Shown here: positions 29,932-40,974 of the stretch, piece by piece
Layout: the number at the start of each line of letters is the position of its first letter
Position numbering within the stretch: the stretch's first letter is position 1
Source of the DNA: an uncultured Chloroflexia bacterium
Lineage (GTDB): Bacteria; Chloroflexota; Limnocylindria; Limnocylindrales; CSP1-4
DNA length: 64,000 nucleotides
Assembly (NCBI GenBank): GCA_963809215.1
Contig: CAWEIJ010000002.1
Coordinates: 2,283,228-2,347,227, forward strand
Reading direction: 5' to 3'
Program-made: the position numbers and the translations under genes
The notes under the pieces: generated by a model
The model's input: only the letters and a program-made list of their open reading frames with translations
Told to the model about the DNA's origin: nothing
Database searches by the model: none

Positions 29932-30006
29932 TGGTTGCGGGGAAGGGATTCGAACCCTTGACCTTCGGGTTATGAGCCCGACGAGCTGCCGCTGCTCCAC
30001 CCCGCC
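29932..30006 (-). tRNA. tRNA-Met (anticodon CAT), initiator-like
   Basis: The sense strand is GGCGGGGTGGAGCAGCGGCAGCTCGTCGGGCTCATAACCCGAAGGTCAAGGGTTCGAATCCCTTCCCCGCAACCA. It folds as a cloverleaf with a 1:72 mismatch (G1-A72) and three G-C pairs closing the anticodon stem (GGG/CCC). Its body is close to E. coli tRNA-fMet, and CCA is encoded. Confidence 0.9.
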
Positions 30007-30011
30007 CCGGT

Positions 30012-30040
30012 ACTATACACACTCGAGGCGGGCTGGTCAA
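30012..30040 (-). promoter_or_regulatory. sigma-70-like promoter for the tRNA-Met gene: TTGACC (30040..30035), 17 nt spacer, TATAGT (30017..30012)
   Basis: Direct reading of the minus strand. The -10 box ends 5 nt before tRNA position 1. Confidence 0.55.
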
Positions 30041-30103
30041 AGCACTGTCCACGCATCCGGGCGTTCCACGCCCGCTTCCCGCCACCGACGGAGGCCCGAC
30101 TCG

Positions 30104-30529
30104 ATGCCAACGACCGGCTCGCCCGACGACCTCCTGTCCGCCGCGATCGGCGTGCGCGAGCGGTCCTACTCGCCGTACTCCGGGTACGCCGTCGGCGCGG
30201 CGCTTCGCGATGAGCTCGGCCGGATCCACGCGGCGACGAACGTCGAGAACGCGGCCTACCCGCAGGGCCAGTGCGCCGAGGCGTCCGCGATCGGGGCCCT
30301 CGTCGCCGCCGGCGGGAGGCGGATCACCGAGGCGCTCGTGGTGGCCGACCCGGCCGCTGGGCTCCCGACCCCGTGCGGCGGCTGCCGGCAGCGGCTTCGC
30401 GAGTTCATGGCCCTCGACGCGCCGATCCACCTGGCCGGACCCGGCGGTGTGTTGCGAACCGTCACGCTCGGCGAGCTGCTCCCCCTGAGCTTCGGGCCGG
30501 AGTTCCTGCTCGGGAGGAGCGCCCGATGA
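30104..30529 (+). CDS. cdd: cytidine deaminase
   Basis: It runs from MPTTGSPDDLLSAAIGVRERSYSPYSGYAVGAAL in frame 29759..30529. Zinc ligands: ..CAEASAIG.. and ..PCGGCRQ... Confidence 0.85.
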   Translation: MPTTGSPDDLLSAAIGVRERSYSPYSGYAVGAALRDELGRIHAATNVENAAYPQGQCAEASAIGALVAAGGRRITEALVVADPAAGLPTPCGGCRQRLREFMALDAPIHLAGPGGVLRTVTLGELLPLSFGPEFLLGRSAR

Positions 30530-31393
30530 CCCTTCCGGGCTCGGACGCGTCGGGTTCGCTCGGGGATCCGCGCACGGCGGCGGCCCTGATCCGGGCGCGT
30601 GCCGGCGGCCGCACTCCGCGCCTCGGGATCGTGCTGGGGTCCGGTCTCGGCGGCCTCGCCGACCTCCTCGAGGACGCCGCGGCGATCCCGTACGCCGAGA
30701 TCCCCGGTTTCCCGACATCGACCGTCGCCGGCCATGCGGGACGCTTCGTGGTGGGCGAGCTCGACGGCGTGACGGTCGCCTGCATGCAGGGTCGCTTCCA
30801 CCTGTACGAGGGCCATCCCCCGGCGCTTATCCGGCTGCCGATCCGGACCTTCGCGGCGCTCGGCGTGGAGGCGCTCCTCCTGACGAACGCGGCGGGGTCG
30901 CTCCGCGCCGAGGCCGCGCCGGGCAGCCTCATGCTCATCACGGACCACCTCAACTTCATGTGGACGAACCCACTGGTCGGGCCGAACGACGACGCCTGGG
31001 GCGAGCGCTTCGTGGGGCTCGAGGACGCCTACGACCCGGCGCTGCGCACGCGGCTGCGGGCGCTCGCCGACGGCCTGGGCATCCGGCTCCACGAGGGCGT
31101 CTACTGCGGGCTCCTCGGACCCGCTCTTCGAGACGCCGGCGGAGATCCGCGCCTACCGGACCCTGGGGGCCGACGCGGTCGGCATGTCGACCGTTCCGGA
31201 GGTGATCGTCGCGCGCCACGCAGGTCTGCGGGTTGCGGCGATCAGCGCGATCACGAACCTCGCGGTCGGGATGAGCGACGTGCCGATCGACCATGAGCAG
31301 ACGCTCCGCGGCGCGGCGATCGCGGCCGCGGACCTGACGCGGCTCGTCCGGGCGTTCGTCGGCTCGTTCGCCGGGCAGGGATCGGACGGGTAG
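30526..31393 (+). pseudogene. punA: purine nucleoside phosphorylase (trimeric PNP-I type), one frame break near 31124
   Basis: The ATG at 30526 overlaps the cdd stop (ATGA). ..[45 protein letters not shown].. is in frame 30271. ..[33 protein letters not shown].. continues in the ORF 31184..31393 frame. Confidence 0.85.
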
Positions 31394-31397
31394 GGAC

Positions 31398-32790
<1,393 letters not shown>

Positions 32791-32883
32791 CGGGCGCAGC
32801 GCCGATCCCGGCCGACCGCGATTCGACGCGCCCGCGGCAACACGGGGGTGCGAGACCCCTATTGTTCCGCGCAAGGAGGCGGG

Positions 32884-34335
32884 ATGACGCGGCATCTCGA
32901 TGCGTCGTGGCTGATCTCTGCTCTGACCCTGGCGGTCGCGGTGGGAGGGTGCGGGACGGCTCCCGCGTCCCCCTCGGCGTCTGTCGCCCCATCCGCGACG
33001 CCAGCACGGACTGCAGTCCCGACCGCGGCAGCCTCGCCGAAGCCGTCCCAGTCATCGACGCCGGCACCCTCCGCCCCCGACATCGCCGTGGGGGACGTCC
33101 CGCGGGCGGCGGCGGCGCCGGCGGAGGCGAAGAAGGCAACCGCGGCCATCAACGCCTTCGGCCTCGACCTCCTCCGGCGCGCCGGCACGCCTGGTGCCAA
33201 CGTCGTCCTCTCGCCCACCAGCATCGCGTTCGGACTGGCGATGGCCCGCGCCGGCGCCCGCGGCGAGACGGCGGCCCAGATGGACGCGGTCATGCGATCC
33301 GCCGGGGCGCAGAAGTTCGCCGACGCCATGAACGCCCTCGACGCCGCTCTCGCCGCGCGGAGCGGTACCTTCAACGACATGGGCGGCGACGCGCTGGACG
33401 TCACCCTCCGGATGGCCAACGCCACGTACGCCCAGCAGGGGATGCCGATCGAACGGTCCTTCCTCGACGCGCTCGCCGCCCGATTCGGGACGGGCGTCCG
33501 GCTGGTTGACTACGCCGCCGACCCCGAGGCAGCCCGCCGCGTCATCAACGCATGGGTGAAGAAGCAAACGGATGATCGGATCCCGGAGCTGCTCAAGCCT
33601 CCCGACGTGACCAACCTCACCCGCATCGCGCTCGTCAACGCGATCTACCTGAAGGCGCCATGGCTCGACCCCTTCGACCCGACGGACACCGCTCCGGGCC
33701 GCTTTACGCGGGCCGACAGCTCCCGCGTCACGGTGCCGATGATGCACCTGGAGAGCTCCGGTCTGGGCCCCAACTTCCCGGTCGCCACCGGCACGGGCTG
33801 GCGCGCGGTGCGCCTGCCCTACCTGGGGTCCCGATCCGAGCGCTACGGCACCGACGAACTCGCGATGACGATCATCGTCCCCGACGACCTGGCCGCCTTC
33901 GAGCGGTCGTTGACGGCGGGGACGCTTGCCGACCTCACGAACGCGAAGGACGCGGGTGGGCTGCTCGACCTCCGCAAGGTCATCCTGACGGTTCCGCGCT
34001 TCTCCATCGACGCGCGGTTCGACCTCGGCGAGGCCCTGAAGGCGATGGGGATGCCGCTCGCCTTCAATCGGCAGCGGGCGGATTTCACCGGGATCGCGAC
34101 GCTCCCGGAAGGGCTCTATATCGCGAAGGTCATCCACCAGGCGAACATCGACGTCGACGAGAAGGGTACCGAGGCGGCCGCCGCGACGGCCGTGCTGGGC
34201 GCCACGGGCGGGCCCGGTGACACCTCGAAGCCAGTCGTGATCCGCGCCGACCGCCCGTTCCTCTTCGTCGTGACCGACATCCCGACGGGCGCGGTCCTCT
34301 TCATCGGGCGGGTGACGGACCCCTCGGCGAAGTAG
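32884..34335 (+). CDS. serpin-family protease inhibitor, lipoprotein
   Basis: It runs from [24 protein letters not shown] (lipobox) in ORF 32848..34335. The serpin core is ..[25 protein letters not shown]... The inhibitory-type hinge is [13 protein letters not shown], and the closing motif is ADRPFLFVV. Confidence 0.8.
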   Translation: MTRHLDASWLISALTLAVAVGGCGTAPASPSASVAPSATPARTAVPTAAASPKPSQSSTPAPSAPDIAVGDVPRAAAAPAEAKKATAAINAFGLDLLRRAGTPGANVVLSPTSIAFGLAMARAGARGETAAQMDAVMRSAGAQKFADAMNALDAALAARSGTFNDMGGDALDVTLRMANATYAQQGMPIERSFLDALAARFGTGVRLVDYAADPEAARRVINAWVKKQTDDRIPELLKPPDVTNLTRIALVNAIYLKAPWLDPFDPTDTAPGRFTRADSSRVTVPMMHLESSGLGPNFPVATGTGWRAVRLPYLGSRSERYGTDELAMTIIVPDDLAAFERSLTAGTLADLTNAKDAGGLLDLRKVILTVPRFSIDARFDLGEALKAMGMPLAFNRQRADFTGIATLPEGLYIAKVIHQANIDVDEKGTEAAAATAVLGATGGPGDTSKPVVIRADRPFLFVVTDIPTGAVLFIGRVTDPSAK

Positions 34336-34467
34336 TGGGGGCGACGCGGGTCGTCGGTCGGTGTCCACAGCACGTGTCGTCGCGCCGCTGGCGGCGAGGG
34401 CCAGGCCGGCGGCGTAGATGGGCAACACGAAGGTGTCCGGGAACGACGCTCCTCGGCGCAGCGCTCC

Positions 34468-35220
34468 TCAGCGCGGCGCTGCCCCGTCCTTGAGGAACAG
34501 GACCTCCGCCCCGATCGGGCGAAAGCCCGCGCCAAGCACCGCCCGCAGGGATGCCACGTTGCCGGGTGCGACCTGCATGAAGACGCGCTCGCCGCGGGGG
34601 ACGGCGAGCATGGACACGGCAGCGAGCGTGCGGCCGAGTCCCCTGCCACGGGCCCCCGGGAGCACCTCGAACGAGGCCTCCCACCGGCCGGCGAGCCCCC
34701 GCCCCAGGACGAGGAGGCCCTTCCCGTCGGCTGTCTCCCAGGCGCGAACGTCGGAGCGGTAGCGCAGCGCGCGGCCGACCCTGCCGCGGTCGGGGTCCGC
34801 ACGGATCTCGCGGATCTCGTCGGGGAAGGGCGGCGCGTTCGCACCGGCCCGGGCGGCGAGCACGACGTCGAGCGTCCCTGGGACGGATCCGAGGCGCTCG
34901 CCGAGCCAGGAGAGGAACGGGGCGCCCATTGGCGCGGCGATGTCGTCCGGGTCCAGGTGGGCGGCGACCTCGTCGGGGTCGAGGGCGGCAACGACGACGT
35001 GGTGTGCCGTGAAGGCGAGAACGGCGTGAACGGGACCGTCCGGGGCCGGCATGACCCGTGTCGTGCCGTCGGCGGGCGGGAAGCGTCCCGCGGCAGCGGA
35101 CTCCAGGATCTGGCGGAGGGAGGCGGTTGCGGCGCCCGGTATCTCGGCGCCCGCGACGTTCGTCGCCGCGTCCGCCGGGACGGCGACGTCGGCGGCGCCC
35201 CCGTCTCCTTGGACCGTCAC
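34468..35220 (-). CDS. GNAT-family N-acetyltransferase, last gene of the BMC operon
   Basis: It is the tail of ORF 34468..35589: ..LVLGRGLAGRWEASFEVLPGARGRGLGRTLAAVSMLAVPRGERVFMQVAPGNVASLRAVLGAGFRPIG (acetyl-CoA motif R-G-x-G-x-G). The GTG at 35220 overlaps the upstream BMC-P stop (GTGA). An alternative ATG lies at 35052. Confidence 0.65.
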   Translation of the reverse strand: MTVQGDGGAADVAVPADAATNVAGAEIPGAATASLRQILESAAAGRFPPADGTTRVMPAPDGPVHAVLAFTAHHVVVAALDPDEVAAHLDPDDIAAPMGAPFLSWLGERLGSVPGTLDVVLAARAGANAPPFPDEIREIRADPDRGRVGRALRYRSDVRAWETADGKGLLVLGRGLAGRWEASFEVLPGARGRGLGRTLAAVSMLAVPRGERVFMQVAPGNVASLRAVLGAGFRPIGAEVLFLKDGAAPR

Positions 35221-35589
35221 CGCTGGCGCCGTGCCGCCCGGCGCGCGGCTGGGCGGCCCGCAGCCGCTCGGCCCTCTGCTGGCGCCGCGCTCGTCTCGGC
35301 CACTCGGTCCGGCAGAGCCGGGTCCTCGATGATCGCGTCCACGATTCCGACGACGACCGTCCGGATCGGCGCGCCGGGAGCGCCCAGGACCTGGCGGGCC
35401 CCGTTGCCCTCGTCGAGGAGGAGGACCGTCTCGCCGGCACCGGCGCCGACCGAGTCGACCGCGATGAGGTAGCCGCCGGCGGACGGCCCGACGGGTCGAG
35501 CAGGTCGCACAGCAGCAGCGTCCGGTCGTCGAAGTGCGGGGTGGTTGATCGTGGAGACGACCGTGCCCGACGACCCGCGCGAGCTTCAC
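35217..35589 (-). pseudogene. BMC-P (EutN/CcmL/PduN-family pentamer vertex protein), about 3 frame breaks
   Basis: The pieces are VKLARVVG | TVVSTINHP | FDDRTLLLCDLLDPSGRP | GGYLIAVDSVGAGAGETVLLLDEGNGARQVLGAPGAPIRTVVVGIVDAII. They are spread over three frames (34468..35589, 34301..35992, 35217..35510). Confidence 0.7.
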
Positions 35590-35922
35590 GGCCTGCGCCG
35601 CCGCGGGCGGCCGCCGGGCCCGGGCACCGCGTCATCCGACCGTTCCGCCCCGGCGAGGATCTCGACCGCGTCCACGATGCCGACGATCGCGTGGTCGACC
35701 GGGACGAACGGGTCGGGCATCGCCTGGGCGGCCTCGCGGGCCGCGACGAAGTAGACGAGCTCGCCCGGGCCGGCCATGTGGACCGCGTCGGCCGCGACGA
35801 CCTGGCCGCCCGTCGGTCGCAGGCGCGCGGTCGAGCGGCTGGATCACGAGGAGCTTCACGCCGTCGAGGCCCGGCGTCTTGACCGTGGCGACGACGGTGC
35901 CGATGACCCGCGCGAGCTGCAT
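35586..35922 (-). pseudogene. BMC-P (EutN/CcmL/PduN-family), one frame break near 35825
   Basis: MQLARVIGTVVATVKTPGLDGVKLLVIQPLDR is in frame 35632..36585. ..GGQVVAADAVHMAGPGELVYFVAAREAAQAMPDPFVPVDHAIVGIVDAVEI is in the ORF 35586..35777 frame. Its stop overlaps the next GTG (GTGA). Confidence 0.7.
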
Positions 35923-35927
35923 GTCCG

Positions 35928-36585
35928 CTATCGCCGCCGGCCGCGCGGCGCCGTGGAAGGTGCGGCGTCCGGCGCCCGCGCGCCATCTCCACGCTCGCCG
36001 GGGGCTCCCCGGACGCGTGCCCCGAACCGCGCGTCGGCCACGAGGTTCTGGGCCATCTCCGCGTGGAGGCGCGGGATGACCCGCAGCATCAGGCCCGGCG
36101 AGCCGGCGATCCGCCCGGCGCCGATCTCGACGGCCGCCTCCACGTCCGCGACCGATCCCGTCGAAGAGGAGGTAGCCCTTGCCGCCCAGGTCGTCGGCGA
36201 GGCGAAGCTCCAGGAGATGGACCGCTGCGCCCTTGAGCCCGGCGTCGGCGGCCTCGACGATGGCGGCGACCGTGGTCGTCTCGATGACCCCCAGCGCCTC
36301 CCCGGCGGCCGCGCGGCGCGCCCCGCGGATCGCGGCGACGACCTCGGGATGGACGTTGGGCAGGAAGCACGACGTCGAGGACGGAGGACGCCGCCGACCT
36401 CGCGGCCGGCCTCGAGCGCCTCCTCGACGTCGCCGACCGCGCCCGCCGACGAGGACCAGGTACTTGCCCGGGTGGACCGTGCCGGCCCGGATGACGTCGA
36501 TCGGCGCGCGCTTCGCCATCGCGTCGCCGGCCTCGATCCCGGCGGCGATCGAGTCGAGCTCGAGGAGCGCGAGCGCGGGTTCCAC
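35928..36585 (-). pseudogene. tandem two-domain BMC shell protein (BMC-T, PduT-like arrangement), at least 3 frame breaks
   Basis: Domain 1 is MEPALALLELDSIAAGIEAGDAMAKRAPIDVIRAGTVHPGKYLVLVGG | AVGDVEEALEAGREVGG. Domain 2 is EALGVIETTTVAAIVEAADAGLKGAAVHLLELRLADDLGGKGYLLFDG | SVADVEAAVEIGAGRIAG. The reading alternates between frames 35632..36585 and 35928..37133. Confidence 0.7.
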
Positions 36586-36604
36586 GGCAGGGCAGGCGCC
36601 ATCC

Positions 36605-38078
36605 TCAGACGATCCGCAGCGCGCCGACGACGGTGATCCGCCGCTCGCGCGAGAAGGTTCGCGGCCGGGTCAGGCCGTCGCCCGACGGGCTGGCGATCGA
36701 GAACGAGGTGAAGCCCTCGCCGCCCTCGCCGAGGCCCGCGACGTTCGGGCCGTTCGTCACGAAGATGCTGCAGTTCATCGCGCGGGCCATCTTCGTGATC
36801 GTCTCCACGTTCGTGGAGTGGATCGAGGCCGTGTGGCGGAAGCCGTGCTCCATCCGGACCGCGAGGTCGATCGCCTGGTCCACCGTGCCGACGCGGACGA
36901 CGGGGAGGACCGGCATCATCTGCTCGGTCCAGACCAGGCTGTGGTCGCGCGGCACATCGGCGACGAGGAGGCGCGGCGCCGGCTCGGCCTGGACGCCGAT
37001 CTCGGCGAGGATCCTGGCCGCGTCCGGCCGATCCAGGCCGGGTTGATGACGCCGGGCTTGCCGGGCTGGCCGAGCTCCCTGAAGATGACCCGCTCCAGGC
37101 GCCGCAGCTCGTGCTCCTTGAGCAGGTAGGCACCGTTCTGCGTCATCGCCCGGATGAGCCGGTCGGCGACCGAGTCCACGACGAGCACGACCTTCTCGTC
37201 GATGCACACGATGTTGTTGTCGAACGAGGCGCCGCGGACGATGTCGCGGGCCGCCCGCTCGACGTCGGCGGTCTGCGTCGACGACGGCCGGCGGGTTGCC
37301 CGGGCCGGCGGTGATCGCCCGCTTGTCCGTCCGGAGCGCCTCGCGCACGACGGCCGGGCCCGCCGGTCACGAGGAGCACGCGGACGCCGGGATGGCTCAT
37401 CAGGGCCCGCGCGGTCTCGATCGTGGGCGCGACGACCGCCGCCGACCAGGTTCGGCGGCCCGCCGGCGCCGACGATCGCGCGGTTGATGAGGCGGATCGT
37501 CTCCGCCGAGCAGCGCCGCGCGTTCGGATGCGCGTTGAAGACGACCGCGTTGCCCGGCCGAGACGATGCTGATCGTGTTGTTGATGATCGTCGAGGTCGG
37601 GTTCGTGACCGGCGTGATCGCGCGCCACCACGCCGAACGGGGCGAACTCGGTGACCATCATGCCCGGCGTCGCCGCTGACGGCCTGGACCTCGAGGTCCT
37701 CCGGGCCGGGCGCCTTGCGAGGCCACGAGGCGGTTCTTGACGATCTTGTCCTCGACGCGCCCGAGGTGCGTCTCCTGGTGGGCCATCCGGGCGAGCTGCT
37801 CGGCGTTGTCGAGCATGGATCGCCGGACGGCGTCGATGATCACCTTGCGGCCGGCCAGGCCCTGGGCCCCGAACGCCGCGGAACGCCTGCGCTGGCCGCC
37901 GCGACGGCGTCGTCGATCGTGGCGTGGATCGCCGTCGCCGAGCTCGGCGGTCGTCCGCGGCCGCCAGCTCGGCGTCGGCACGCAGGCCGGCGCCGGGGCG
38001 CTCGTCGCCCGCGGCCGCCACGCGCCGCCGGACCCGCTCGATGATCTCGCTGATCTCGTGCTCGTCGATCTCGCTCAT
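36605..38078 (-). pseudogene. CoA-acylating aldehyde dehydrogenase (PduP/EutE family) with N-terminal encapsulation-peptide-like helix; at least 10 frame breaks
   Basis: The pieces, spread over three frames, are: MSEIDEHEISEIIERVRRRVAAAG.. ; ..GRKVIIDAVRRSMLDNAEQLARMAHQETHLGRVEDKIVKNRLVA ; ..GMMVTEFAPFGVVA ; AITPVTNPTSTIINNTISIVSAGNAVVFNAHPN ; AAVVAPTIETARALMSHPGVRVLLVTGGP ; AVVREALRTDKRAITAGPGNPPAVVD ; ..ASFDNNIVCIDEKVVLVV.. (catalytic Cys) ; ..MMPVLPVVRVGTVDQAIDLAVRMEHGFRHTASIHS... Confidence 0.8.
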
Positions 38079-38091
38079 CAGTCGATGCCCG

Positions 38092-38379
38092 CTACTTGCG
38101 GTAGACCTCCGTGCCGCCGATCTCCCACGTGTCGACGATCGCCATGATCACGGCGTCGCAGGGCCGGTCCTTCGTCGTCTCCGTCTGGCGGGCGGAGCTG
38201 CCGGTGGCGTACAGGACGACCTCGCCGACGCCGCGCCCGACCGCGTCGGCGGCCACGACGTAGCCGCCCGCCTCGTGGTTCTCGGCATCGAGCTGGCGCA
38301 CGACGAGGAGCTTCCAGCCCTCCATGAGGGGCTCCTTGCGGCTCGCGACCACGGTCCCGGTCACTCGTCCGAGGAGCAT
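38092..38379 (-). CDS. BMC-P (EutN/CcmL/PduN-family pentamer vertex protein), intact
   Basis: ORF 38092..38379: [65 protein letters not shown]...[13 protein letters not shown]. Confidence 0.85.
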   Translation of the reverse strand: MLLGRVTGTVVASRKEPLMEGWKLLVVRQLDAENHEAGGYVVAADAVGRGVGEVVLYATGSSARQTETTKDRPCDAVIMAIVDTWEIGGTEVYRK

Positions 38380-38442
38380 CTGTCCACCGCCTGCTGGGGG
38401 AGCGGCGCGCCGGCGCCCGGCCGGCGCGCCCGATCCCGCGTC

Positions 38443-38751
38443 CTAGCCCTTGCCGCCCTCGGCCTTCGCCTCGTCGAGCCGCCCGAGCGGCAGCACGAGG
38501 TCGACGTTGACGTGCGGCCGGGCGATGACGTGGCTGGCGACGACCTCGCCGACCTTGGCGGCGTTCCGCACGCCGGCCTCGACCGCCGCCTTCACCGCCG
38601 CGACGTCGCCGCGGACGACCGCGGTCACGTAGCCGCCGCCGGTCTTCTCGTAGCTGACGAGCTCGACCTTCGCCGCCTTCACCATCGCGTCGGCGGCCTC
38701 GACCACCGCCGCGAACCCGCGGGCCTCGATCATCCCGAGTGCTTCTGCCAT
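38443..38751 (-). CDS. BMC-H hexameric shell protein (PduA/EutM-like), intact
   Basis: [80 protein letters not shown], the tail of ORF 38443..39255. Confidence 0.9.
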   Translation of the reverse strand: MAEALGMIEARGFAAVVEAADAMVKAAKVELVSYEKTGGGYVTAVVRGDVAAVKAAVEAGVRNAAKVGEVVASHVIARPHVNVDLVLPLGRLDEAKAEGGKG

Positions 38752-38819
38752 CGATCCGTTCTCCTTCTCGATCCCTGTCTCGACCTGATCACGTACGCCG
38801 TGCCGAGCGCTGGCGGCCG

Positions 38820-39452
38820 CTATGCCTTCGCTTCGCGTCCTTCGAGCCCCTCGATCGCCGCGACGGCGGCCCGCCAGCCGACGTCGATGTCGCGCTCCTC
38901 GCCGCCCAGGTAGATGCGGCCCATCGAGCCGAAGGCCCGGACCTCGAGGATGTTGATGTGGGCCGCCTTCTCCGCCTCGTTGGCGGCCAGCGCCGCGTAG
39001 GCCGCCGGCTCGCAGCTCCAGGACGTAGAGCGTCTGGCCGGGGATGAGCATCTGGCCGTGGCGCGTCCGGTTGATGAGCTGGGCCTGGTGGTCGTCGATG
39101 CGGCGGATGATCTGGCTGGAGAGGATCCGCGGCTTGATGCGGTCGGTCTCGCCCAGGCCGATCTCGGCCAGGATCGCGGCGCCCGCGGCGCGGACCTCCG
39201 CCTGCGAGGGCGAGTGGATCTCGAGCATGCCGTAGTAGCGCTCGATGATCTGCATGCCCGGGCTTGACGGTCGTCGACTTGAGGGCGATGTCCGTCAGCC
39301 GGTTGATCTCGATGCCCGGCGAGACCTCGATCGAGAGCGAGGCGTCGCCCGGCCAGCGGCAGGAAGCCCTGGGCCACGGTCCCCAGGAACGCGGCGTACT
39401 GCGCCTGGAGGCTGTCCAGGAAGACGTACGCCCGGAGGTCAATACTGCCCAT
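38820..39452 (-). pseudogene. two-domain BMC shell protein (about 210 aa, BMC-T-like), 3 frame breaks (about 39350, 39258, 39012)
   Basis: [33 protein letters not shown] | [31 protein letters not shown] | [81 protein letters not shown] | [50 protein letters not shown]. From memory, this resembles the large BMC shell protein of mycobacterial-type BMC loci. Confidence 0.65.
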
Positions 39453-40331
39453 GCGCGCCCTTCTCTCCCGTGACGATCTTGACGCCGGCCGAGGCCCCGA
39501 TCCGGGTCGCGCCGGCCGCGATCATGTCCTGCACGTCCTCCGCGGTCCGGATCCCGCCGGCCGCCTTGACGCCCATCTTCGGGCCGACCGTCTCGCGCAT
39601 CAGCGCGACGTCGAAGACGGTCGCCCCGCCCTTCGCGTAGCCGGTCGAGGTCTTCACGAAGTCGGCCTTCGCCTGCTGCGCGAGCCGGCAGGCGACGACC
39701 TTCTCCGCGTCGGTGAGGAGGGCGGTCTCGATGATCACCTTGTTCGCGCGCGCCGGACTCGTGGCAGGCGTCCGAGACGCCGGCGATGTCCGCGCGGACC
39801 GCGTCGAGCATGCCGCTCTTGAGCGCCCCGATGTTGATGACCATGTCGATCTCGCGGGCGCCGTCGCGGATGGCGCGGCGCGCCTCGTGCGCCTTGACCT
39901 CGGCCGTCGTGGCGCCGAACGGGAAGCCGATCACCGACGCGACGGCGACGTCCGTGCCGCGCAGGTTCTCGGCAGCGCGGCGGACCCAGGTCGGGTTGAT
40001 GCAGACGGCCGCGAAGCGGTGCTCGCCTCGCCTCGGCGCAGAGCCGGTCGATGTCGGCCGCCGTGGCGTCCGGCCGGAGCAGCGTGTGGTCGATGTAGCG
40101 CGCGAGATCGCCCGGGACGTCGTCCGCCTGGCCGTGATACCCGACCCGCGAGGCGCCGCCGGCGACGACGTCGCGGACCTTGGTGGCGCAGCGCGACGCG
40201 CAGGCGCCGGTGCAGGTCAGGCACGGATCGCCCGGCTTCATCGCGCCGGCGCCCCCGGCGCCCAGGGCGGCGAGCACCTCGCGGGTGATCGACTCGACGA
40301 GGTCGGTGCGTGCGTTCGTGGTCTCGGTCAT
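39439..40331 (-). pseudogene. deoC: deoxyribose-phosphate aldolase (DERA) with about 60-aa N-terminal extension; 2 frame breaks (about 40025, 39753)
   Basis: MTETTNARTDLVESITREVLAALG...[12 protein letters not shown]...[27 protein letters not shown] | [52 protein letters not shown].. | [26 protein letters not shown] (Schiff-base Lys in FVKTSTG) ..KAAGGIRT... Confidence 0.85.
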
Positions 40332-40974
40332 CGTGCTCGATCCTCACCCGGCGACTTCATGTAGCGGCGTTCGACCTCGGTGATCTTCTCGACCCGGGCG
40401 CGCGTGGCGGCCCGGCCCCCATTCGGTCCCCAGCCAGGCGCGCACGATCTCGATCGCCAGACCCTCCCCGATGAAGCGCGCGCCGAGCGTCAGGACGTTG
40501 GCGTGGTTGTGCTCGCGGCTGTTGCGGGCGCTCGAGAGGTCGTGGCAGAGGGCGGCCCGGACGCCCGGGACCTTGTTCGCGACCATGCACGAGCCGATCC
40601 CGGCGCCGTCGAGGATGATGCCCCAGCGGCAGGTGCCGTCGGCGACGAGGCGCGCGACCGCGTGCGCGATGTCCGGGTAGTCCACCGGCTCGCTGCCGTG
40701 GGTGCCGCAGTCGCGGACCGCGAAGCCCGTCGCGGTGAGCATCTCGCCGATCCGGTCCTTGAGCACGGCCCCGCCGTGGTCGGCGCCGATGGCGATCGCG
40801 ACGCGATCCGGGCTCGGGCGCCGCATTGGTGGCAGCGGCGTCCGCGGGCCGGTGCCGCCGTGGTCGTCGCGAGGCACGGGCCGCCGGATCGCCTTCAAGC
40901 GTGGCGTCGACGATCCGGCGCACGAGGTCGCGGACCTCGTCCTCCGCGGGAAACCCGGGGCCACGTCCGCTCAT
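40329..40974 (-). pseudogene. rpiB: ribose-5-phosphate isomerase B (RpiB/LacAB family) with N-terminal encapsulation-peptide-like extension; 2 frame breaks (about 40893, 40395)
   Basis: MSGRGPGFPAEDEVRDLVRRIVDATL | KAIRRPV...RVAIAIGADHGGAVLKDRIGEMLTATGFAVRDCGTHG..VDYPDIAHAV..GIILDGAGIGSCMVANKVPGVRAALCHD..SREHNHANVLTLGARF..WLGTEWG | GRHARRVEKITEVERRYM.. The reconstructed stop overlaps the deoC ATG (ATGA). The ATG at 40974 overlaps the reconstructed sorC stop. Confidence 0.8.

Noticed and set aside
29932-30006. Genomic island or prophage integrated at the tRNA-Met or tRNA-Lys (52623..52697) genes
   Set aside because: I recognised no integrase, recombinase, phage or transposase gene next to either tRNA. 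I saw no direct repeat of the tRNA 3' end. The flanking genes are ordinary metabolic genes with the same GC-rich codon usage.
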